Below are positions 57,536 to 64,000 of a DNA stretch of 64,000 bases, in pieces. The stretch comes from an uncultured delta proteobacterium (GTDB taxonomy: Bacteria; Desulfobacterota; Binatia; UBA9968). Position numbers and translations under genes: made by a program. Within the stretch, counting starts at the first letter, position 1. Each line of letters starts with the position of its first letter. Location of the stretch: positions 32,001-96,000 of the forward strand of contig CAVYTU010000013.1 of NCBI GenBank assembly GCA_963771465.1, written 5' to 3'. Below the pieces are notes generated by a model. It saw only the letters and a program-made list of their open reading frames with translations, was not told the origin of the DNA and did not search any database.

Positions 57536-57881
57536 GCCACCGACACCCCCATTGCGGACTGTTGAGCCCTTGAATTCCTTATCGGCGAGACAGCTTTTGA
57601 TGGTGTCCTGTCTGTGCTTACGAGAAATGGCCAACTGGCACATTGTCTTCTTGTAGTATAACTTTGCCTCGCAATCGCTCATGAACACTCTTGCGAGCTC
57701 TACGTTGATGCAGGAACTCGCTGCGATCTCGTCATCGGTCGCCAATTTGGACATGCAGTAGTCCGCGACCCAGTGAATTTTCGTTCCCGCGACAGAGCAT
57801 TCGCGCGTTTGGGCGAATACGGGAGTGGCTGCAGTTATCGCGGCCAGGAGAAGGAGTTGGAGCGGTAATCGCATGGGCTAA
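57473..57881 (-). mobile_element. Solitary integron gene cassette (about 409 bp)
   Basis: Begins G^TTAGCC immediately before the ATG, complementary to its own R'' GGCTAAC; the gene stop TAA lies inside R''. Confidence 0.75.
57530..57874 (-). CDS. Secreted Cys-rich hypothetical protein (cassette ORF)
   Basis: Signal peptide ending VFA-Q; six Cys; no recognisable family. Confidence 0.75.
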   Translation of the reverse strand: MRLPLQLLLLAAITAATPVFAQTRECSVAGTKIHWVADYCMSKLATDDEIAASSCINVELARVFMSDCEAKLYYKKTMCQLAISRKHRQDTIKSCLADKEFKGSTVRNGGVGGG

Positions 57882-57976
57882 CCAATAATATACGGTCCAA
57901 TATTTGCCGATATTAAACCGAGCGTTCCTTCTCAAACTAAAAACAACCGCGGCGACAGGAAACCATATTTCCTACA

Positions 57977-59011
57977 TTAAAGTTGCACGCCTTTCTTCAA
58001 CGACTCGGCCAGCTCACGCAGATATTCGTCTTGCTCCTTGGGCGTGTACAACGCCAGCGAGCCGTCGGCGTTTTTCGGGATGCCGCCGATGAAGTGGAAG
58101 GCGTGGCCGTCCCAGTCGTAGAACTCATCGCCGCGTTGATAGATTTCTTTCCATTTATATCCGACCGGGCTGCGATGCAGACCGGTGCGTGCGGGGAAGT
58201 TATCTTCCTTGTCGCGGGAGTCGTTGAGATGTTCCTTGGCACCGGCTTCTTCAGGCAGTCCTTCCCACATGCGTCGGTAGTTGGGCAAATACTCCTCGTC
58301 GCGCACGGTGAATGCCGTGTGCATGTCCCACCACGGGCTGTGGCCGGCGATGCGTTCGTCGAGCTGATCGGCTAGTTTATAGATTAGCCGCGCGCCACTA
58401 CGCATGCGTAAAACCAGCGTGCCTTCGGCCGTCTGAGCATTGCGCTCGGCTTCCATGCCGCAATACTTTTCGAAAAAGGCGGCGGTTCGGGCGAGATCGC
58501 GAGAGCCGTAAACGCAATGACTGATGCGGCCGACTTTCTCCGTGGTGTGGACTTCCATCGCGCCGTTCGGCATCTTTACGGGCGCCCAAAATTCATATTG
58601 ATTGCCGTCGGGATCGGCGAAGCAGACCACCGTGCCTTCTTCGCCGTCTGCCGCCGTCTTGATTGGCTCGGTATGCGGGATTTTGTGTTTGTCGAGCCTT
58701 TTTAAATGCGCGTCGATGTCCTCGGGCCGGATGTAAAAGCCGCAACGCGGCATGTCCTTGCCGAGTTCTTTCGCCTTAGGATAGTTTTCCGGTTGCAAGA
58801 ACGCGCCGATGCGGCACGACTCGTCGTCCCACCACATGAAGCAAAATATCGGCGTATTTTTTTTCCGCATGTTTGTCGTGAGTCCGTTGATCGGCCTGAT
58901 CGGCAAACCGGTCGCATGGAGCGCCCAATAGCTCCAGCCCGGCAAGTCGTTGGCGCCGACGACGTAATGATCGATCCAGTGAACTGCGCCTTTGGGTTCT
59001 ACATTTGCCAT
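57977..59011 (-). CDS. Two-domain VOC (glyoxalase-like) family protein
   Basis: WIDHYVV...FADPDGNQYEF and ISHCVYGSRDLARTAAFF...FYDWDGHAFHF. Confidence 0.8.
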   Translation of the reverse strand: MANVEPKGAVHWIDHYVVGANDLPGWSYWALHATGLPIRPINGLTTNMRKKNTPIFCFMWWDDESCRIGAFLQPENYPKAKELGKDMPRCGFYIRPEDIDAHLKRLDKHKIPHTEPIKTAADGEEGTVVCFADPDGNQYEFWAPVKMPNGAMEVHTTEKVGRISHCVYGSRDLARTAAFFEKYCGMEAERNAQTAEGTLVLRMRSGARLIYKLADQLDERIAGHSPWWDMHTAFTVRDEEYLPNYRRMWEGLPEEAGAKEHLNDSRDKEDNFPARTGLHRSPVGYKWKEIYQRGDEFYDWDGHAFHFIGGIPKNADGSLALYTPKEQDEYLRELAESLKKGVQL

Positions 59012-59172
59012 AAGTGATCCTCCGATAAATTAGACGAGAAAAGTTAATTCATTATCGCGAGCGGTACCAAACTGGCGAAAGGGTGTCAAACTCATGTCGC
59101 GGAGTTTGATCTCGTGCTCTGTGGGGCGGATTCCCGGCAGTTCGCTGCGTTAAGTTAATTCCGATTCCACAA

Positions 59173-59195
59173 TCCGTCATTCCCGCATGCTTTAA
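59173..59195. repeat. Truncated copy of the 33016 REP
   Basis: tccgtcattcccgcatgctttaa is identical to 33014-33036. Confidence 0.7.
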
Positions 59196-59413
59196 TTGCG
59201 CAGTGCGAAACGGCGGCTTCCGCGATTTGGTTCCTTTTATTTTAGTCGCTATTTATTACAGACTTTTTACGTGACCCGTATTGATCCGAGTTCTTTCCCG
59301 AGATACGGTTTACGAGACAGCTAAAAAGTAAGGTAGTGAAAGCGACCTCCGACGGCTCAAAATTTTATTGCGAAAATAGTTGATTTGAAACCCACAACAG
59401 GAAGGTTCCCGAC

Positions 59414-61876
59414 ATGGCTGAAAAAATCATTCGGTTGGATTCACGCCGGGACATAGAGGCGATCGCATGGGCAAAGGAGCTGCACGTGACCGATGCGTGG
59501 TTTCACAGCTCGCGCTTTCGCCATATCACACGCCTGCATACTTCAGCTGAGGTTGTTTCTCTGCGCGGCAATTTGCAGGCAGATCACACGATTGCCAAGC
59601 AGGCGGCCATTAAGTTGTATGATTACTTGCAGCGCTTGTTCCGGGATAAAAAACAAGAGACCACCTATGGCCCGTATTCGCCCACCGGAGCGGTGCGCGC
59701 GGTCATGGAAGGAATCAAGGTGCTTTATCTCGGCGGCTGGGCGACGTCAGCCAAGGGTTCCGAATCCGAGGACCCGGGCGCCGACTTGGCCAACTATGCT
59801 TTGGATCGGGTGCCCAAAGAAGGTGGCGCTTGGGTGCGCGCGTTTTTGCATCAAGACGAAGTGCAACGTTCGCGGCGCATCCGCATGTCTTCGCTGCAAA
59901 GAAAAAAGACTCGCCCCATCGAGTTTAGCCCGCCGCTGATTATTCCCGACGGCGATACCGGTCACGGCGGCGAGCACCATACGCGCAACCTGGTTAAGAC
60001 CTTCGTCGAAAACAACATCGGCGCGATCCATATTGAAGACCAGCGCGGCGGCAGCAAGGTTTGCGGGCATCAGGGGCAGAAAGTTTTGGTGTCGACCTCA
60101 GAGATGATTGCGCGGCTCAATGCCGCGCGGCTCCAATATGACATCATGAATGTGCCGGGCGTGATCGTCGCTCGCACCGACTCCAACGATGCCACGGCCA
60201 TCGACAGCGTCGACGATGAGCGCGACCATCCCTTTGTCTACGGCGCGACCGATCCGGGTATCGTGCCTTTTAAGAATGTCACCCTGGCGGTGATTCGAAA
60301 GTTTTACCAAAAAGGCTTCAAGGAAATTAATGGCCATCTGCTCTACAAGATTTCCGAGCAAGCTTACGTGGACGCGGAAAAATGGCTCAAGCAAGAGCGA
60401 CTCTTCGACCGCATTTCCGAAGGCATCGAGAGAATTGGGAGCGAAATTGCCGCGCTTAAGAAATTGCGCCAGCGGGTGCGGCGCCCGGGCAAAGGCCAGC
60501 GCGACTTTCGCGAGCAGCTAGCGGCACTGGAAATCAGTGTGAAAAAGGTCATCGAAGAAACCGTCGACGGGGTGATCGCCGATATCCGGCAGGAGTGGGC
60601 CGAAAAAGCCCGGCTCAAAACCTTTGCCAACGCGGTCGCGGATGCCATGGAGAGCAGCAACAAGGGCAAAGGCGCGCTGGCGATGTCCATCGACCGGTGG
60701 AAGAAATATGCCGGCAGCGTCTCTTATTCGGAGGCGCGCGAGCGAGCCGAGTCGATGGGGATCGATGTCTTCTGGGATTGGAACCTGCCGAGAACTCCCG
60801 AAGGTTTTTATGTTATCACCGGTGGCCGCAACATGGCCACCGCTAGAGGCTTGGCCACCGCGCCCTTCGCCGAGCTGATCTGGCGCGAGACGGCTAAGCC
60901 TGACCTAGCGGATGACAAAGCGTGGGCTGATGCCATTCACGCGGTCTATCCGGATAAAATGTTGGCTTACAACTTATCGCCGTCATGGAATTGGGACGTC
61001 TGGGGATTTACCGACGATCAGATTCGCAATTTTGCCAATGAGCTGGGGAAAATGGGCTACGTCTTCAACTTCATCACCTATGGCGGACATCAGACCGAGG
61101 CGTTGATGAACGGCCGCCTGGCGCGTGCCTTAAAAGAAGAAGGCGTGCTCGGCTTTGTCAGATTGATTCAGCGCGCGCTGCGCCTAACCCATGATCCAGC
61201 GCAATTTCCGCAAAGCTTTGTCGGCGGCGACTGGGCGGACCGGTTTCGCCGCGCCGCCCGCGGCCCTTCGCTGACGAGCTCTTCCATGGGCGGCAAATCG
61301 ACCGAGACCCAGCATCGCAAAGCCGTGGAGGTTCCCACCAGCGTGCTGGAGAAATGGCTCAGCATGTGGGCCGAACACTGGAATAAACAGGGCCTGTATC
61401 GCGCCGGCGCCGTGAGCGTCGAATTGAGGGAGCGCTGGGCAGGCTCCGAGGACATGATGCTTAACCTGTTCGACGAGGCCCACGATAAAATCGCGGAAAT
61501 CATTTTTCGCGTCGATAAGGATCGGGAAGGCCGAAAATTTCTCGCGGTCAAAGACCAGAATACTATAAAAAAATACCGTTCGCGGCGGTTGATGACGTTG
61601 ATGCATTTTTTCCTTCTGCATCGTTACAAAACCGATCGGGTTCATTATGTCACACCAACGAATGACAATCGCTTGTCCGTGCAGCGCATGATCCAGAACG
61701 GCGTATTTCGCGCGGCGCGCACCGACGATCCGAACATCATCTCCATCGAAGTCGACACCGCGCGCGGCCAGAAGATCTTCGCCAATGTAGAATCGATAAG
61801 AAGGTTCATCGCTCGTCAGTTCAAACCATTGGAGCGCCAGACTGAAACCCGGCGCGCGGCCAGCCGGGGCGTTTAG
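59414..61876 (+). CDS. aceA: Isocitrate lyase, long ICL2-type with C-terminal GNAT-like domain
   Basis: [32 protein letters not shown] and [11 protein letters not shown] motifs; C-terminal DQNT...RLMTL.H..L.HR.K...V.YVTPT.DN. Confidence 0.92.
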   Translation: MAEKIIRLDSRRDIEAIAWAKELHVTDAWFHSSRFRHITRLHTSAEVVSLRGNLQADHTIAKQAAIKLYDYLQRLFRDKKQETTYGPYSPTGAVRAVMEGIKVLYLGGWATSAKGSESEDPGADLANYALDRVPKEGGAWVRAFLHQDEVQRSRRIRMSSLQRKKTRPIEFSPPLIIPDGDTGHGGEHHTRNLVKTFVENNIGAIHIEDQRGGSKVCGHQGQKVLVSTSEMIARLNAARLQYDIMNVPGVIVARTDSNDATAIDSVDDERDHPFVYGATDPGIVPFKNVTLAVIRKFYQKGFKEINGHLLYKISEQAYVDAEKWLKQERLFDRISEGIERIGSEIAALKKLRQRVRRPGKGQRDFREQLAALEISVKKVIEETVDGVIADIRQEWAEKARLKTFANAVADAMESSNKGKGALAMSIDRWKKYAGSVSYSEARERAESMGIDVFWDWNLPRTPEGFYVITGGRNMATARGLATAPFAELIWRETAKPDLADDKAWADAIHAVYPDKMLAYNLSPSWNWDVWGFTDDQIRNFANELGKMGYVFNFITYGGHQTEALMNGRLARALKEEGVLGFVRLIQRALRLTHDPAQFPQSFVGGDWADRFRRAARGPSLTSSSMGGKSTETQHRKAVEVPTSVLEKWLSMWAEHWNKQGLYRAGAVSVELRERWAGSEDMMLNLFDEAHDKIAEIIFRVDKDREGRKFLAVKDQNTIKKYRSRRLMTLMHFFLLHRYKTDRVHYVTPTNDNRLSVQRMIQNGVFRAARTDDPNIISIEVDTARGQKIFANVESIRRFIARQFKPLERQTETRRAASRGV

Positions 61877-61914
61877 TGCCAGTTCCACGGATCGGAGTAC
61901 AAAGGCATCGGCCA

Positions 61915-64000
61915 ATGTCAAACTATATCGAAAACTCTGGGTTACGTATCGAGGAGCAGCTCTATCGTCTGGTGCGGGATGAAATAGCACCGGGCACGGG
62001 CATCGATCCCGGCTCATTCTGGGGTGACTTCGGCAAGCTTGTCACCGACTTGGCACCGAGGAATCGCGCGCTCTTGGATAGACGGGATGCGTTGCAAAGC
62101 CAGATCGATGAATGGTGCCGAGCGCATAAAGGAAAACCGTTCGACATGGATGAATATAAGACCTTGCTCCAGGAGATCGGTTATCTTGTTCCCGAAGGCG
62201 AGGATTTCCAAGTATGCAGCACAAACGTCGACCGGGAAATTGCCGCGATCTCCGGCCCGCAGCTCGTGGTGCCGCTGGACAACCCCCGCTACGCGCTCAA
62301 CGCCGCCAACGCGCGCTGGGGCAGTCTCTATGATGCGCTCTACGGCACCGATGTGATCCCGGAAGACGATGGTGCTGAAAAAGGCGAAGCCTATAACCCG
62401 CGGCGCGGCGCCAAAGTCATCGCCTACGCCGAAGCCTTTTTGGATGAAGCTGTGGGCCTTGCCGGAGGAAAGTTTTCTGAGGTTACCGAGTTCGCGCTCA
62501 AGGACGCCGGCGGCACGAAGCAACTGACGGCAAAGTTGCAAGACGGGCGAGAAGTGGGGTTGGCCGAGGTCGCCAAGTTTGCCGGGTACAGGGAAACGGC
62601 CGGACGGCTATCCCATCTCTTTTTCAGAAATAACGGTTTGCACATCGAGATCCGCATCGATCGCAATCATCCGATTGGCAAAACCCATGCGGCGGGATTG
62701 AAAGATGTGGTCATCGAGTCCGCGGTAACGACGATTCAAGACTGCGAAGATTCGGTGGCAGCGGTCGACGCCGCCGACAAAGTACGCGTGTATCGTAACT
62801 GGACGGGCATCATGAAAGGGACATTGACCGCGAGCTTTGATAAAGGCGGGATGGAGTTGCTCCGCAGTCTTAATCCCGACGTTTGTTTCACCGCTCCCAA
62901 TGGCAAGGCTGAAACGCTGCCTGGACGCAGCCTGTTGCTCGTGCGTAACGTCGGCATGCATATGTACACCGACGCGGTCACCACGGCGGACGGCGCGGAA
63001 ATTCCCGAGGGATTTCTTGACGCCATGGTGACCGCGCTGGCCGCGCTGCACGATTTGCAGCGAACCGGAACGGTCATCAACAGTCGAACCGGCAGTGTTT
63101 ATATAGTAAAGCCCAAGCAGCATAGCGCCGACGAGGTGGCGGCGACGGTGGAGTTATTCGAACGCGTCGAGGATGCGCTAGGACTTAAGAGGAACACGCT
63201 CAAGCTCGGCATTATGGACGAAGAGCGGCGCCTGACCGTCAATCTCAAGCAAGCCATACGCGCGGCCCGCGAGCGGGTCGTGTTTATCAACACCGGATTT
63301 CTCGACCGTACCGGGGACGAAATTCACACCAGTATGGAGCTCGGCCCGATGTTGCCGAAATTGGCCATCAAGAATCAACCGTGGCTCGGCGCTTACGAAG
63401 ATTGGAATGTCGATGTCGGCATTGCGACGGGTTTCCCAGGCAAGGCGCAGATCGGCAAAGGGATGTGGACCATGCCGGACGAGATGCGCAAGATGATGGA
63501 TACGAAGCAAGCCCACCCGGAGGCTGGCGCGAATACGGCATGGGTGCCCTCGCCGACAGCCGCAACGTTACACGCGCTTCACTACCACAAAGTCAACGTC
63601 CTCAAGAAACAAACGACACTGGCAGGCAGCCGCGCGAGTCTGGACGCCATCCTTACGCCGCCCCTGCTCGATCGAAAGCTCAGCGCGGAAGAAATTCAAA
63701 ACGAGCTCGATAACAACGCCCAAGGGATACTTGGCTATGTGGTGCGCTGGGTGGATCAAGGTATCGGTTGTTCGAAGGTGCCGGATATTCATGACACCGC
63801 GCTCATGGAAGACCGCGCCACACTGCGCATCTCCAGCCAGCACATCGGCAACTGGCTGCATCACAACATCCTCAACCGGGAACAAGTCATCGAGACTTTT
63901 AAGAGAATGGCGGCCATCGTTGACCGCCAAAATCGCGGCGAACCGAATTATCGCAACATGGCGCCAGCATTTGACCAAAGCATCGCTTTTAAAGCTGCCT
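61915..64000 (+). CDS. glcB: Malate synthase G (runs off the window end)
   Basis: Manual translation from ATG 61915: [10 protein letters not shown]..., [66 protein letters not shown] and [14 protein letters not shown]. Not in the ORF track. Confidence 0.95.
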   Translation, partial: MSNYIENSGLRIEEQLYRLVRDEIAPGTGIDPGSFWGDFGKLVTDLAPRNRALLDRRDALQSQIDEWCRAHKGKPFDMDEYKTLLQEIGYLVPEGEDFQVCSTNVDREIAAISGPQLVVPLDNPRYALNAANARWGSLYDALYGTDVIPEDDGAEKGEAYNPRRGAKVIAYAEAFLDEAVGLAGGKFSEVTEFALKDAGGTKQLTAKLQDGREVGLAEVAKFAGYRETAGRLSHLFFRNNGLHIEIRIDRNHPIGKTHAAGLKDVVIESAVTTIQDCEDSVAAVDAADKVRVYRNWTGIMKGTLTASFDKGGMELLRSLNPDVCFTAPNGKAETLPGRSLLLVRNVGMHMYTDAVTTADGAEIPEGFLDAMVTALAALHDLQRTGTVINSRTGSVYIVKPKQHSADEVAATVELFERVEDALGLKRNTLKLGIMDEERRLTVNLKQAIRAARERVVFINTGFLDRTGDEIHTSMELGPMLPKLAIKNQPWLGAYEDWNVDVGIATGFPGKAQIGKGMWTMPDEMRKMMDTKQAHPEAGANTAWVPSPTAATLHALHYHKVNVLKKQTTLAGSRASLDAILTPPLLDRKLSAEEIQNELDNNAQGILGYVVRWVDQGIGCSKVPDIHDTALMEDRATLRISSQHIGNWLHHNILNREQVIETFKRMAAIVDRQNRGEPNYRNMAPAFDQSIAFKAA

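Noticed and set aside
62014-63978. Many short ORFs listed in the track
   Set aside because: All overlap the continuous glcB frame from 61915, which the track omits because it has no stop in the window.

Overview
A GC-rich bacterial chromosomal window with no rRNA, tRNA, CRISPR array, transposase or integrase that I can see. Gene content resembles uncultured deltaproteobacterial Binatia/Desulfobacterota-type genomes (inference). It is dominated by small-molecule scavenging and catabolism: about 13 intact or near-intact solute-binding proteins plus 3 remnants with no ABC permease or ATPase, six amidohydrolases, two LLM oxidoreductases, a Rieske oxygenase cluster, CoA-dependent enzymes and an amidase with a GatC-like partner. 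It also holds a few housekeeping genes (trmJ, a UvrD-family helicase, rmlD) and a glyoxylate-shunt operon (long ICL2-type aceA, then glcB cut by the window edge). The most notable signals are: (1) a compact module at 31.1-31.65 kb with an IHF site, a sigma-54 promoter, a 66-aa protein carrying a classical C2H2 zinc finger, and a structured 3' region with an anti-Shine-Dalgarno loop (candidate small-protein/sRNA regulator); (2) a solitary integron gene cassette with a complete attC at 57.5-57.9 kb; (3) several families of 7-9 bp periodic and REP-like repeats that often sit next to gene remnants; (4) four single-base frameshifts that may be assembly errors.
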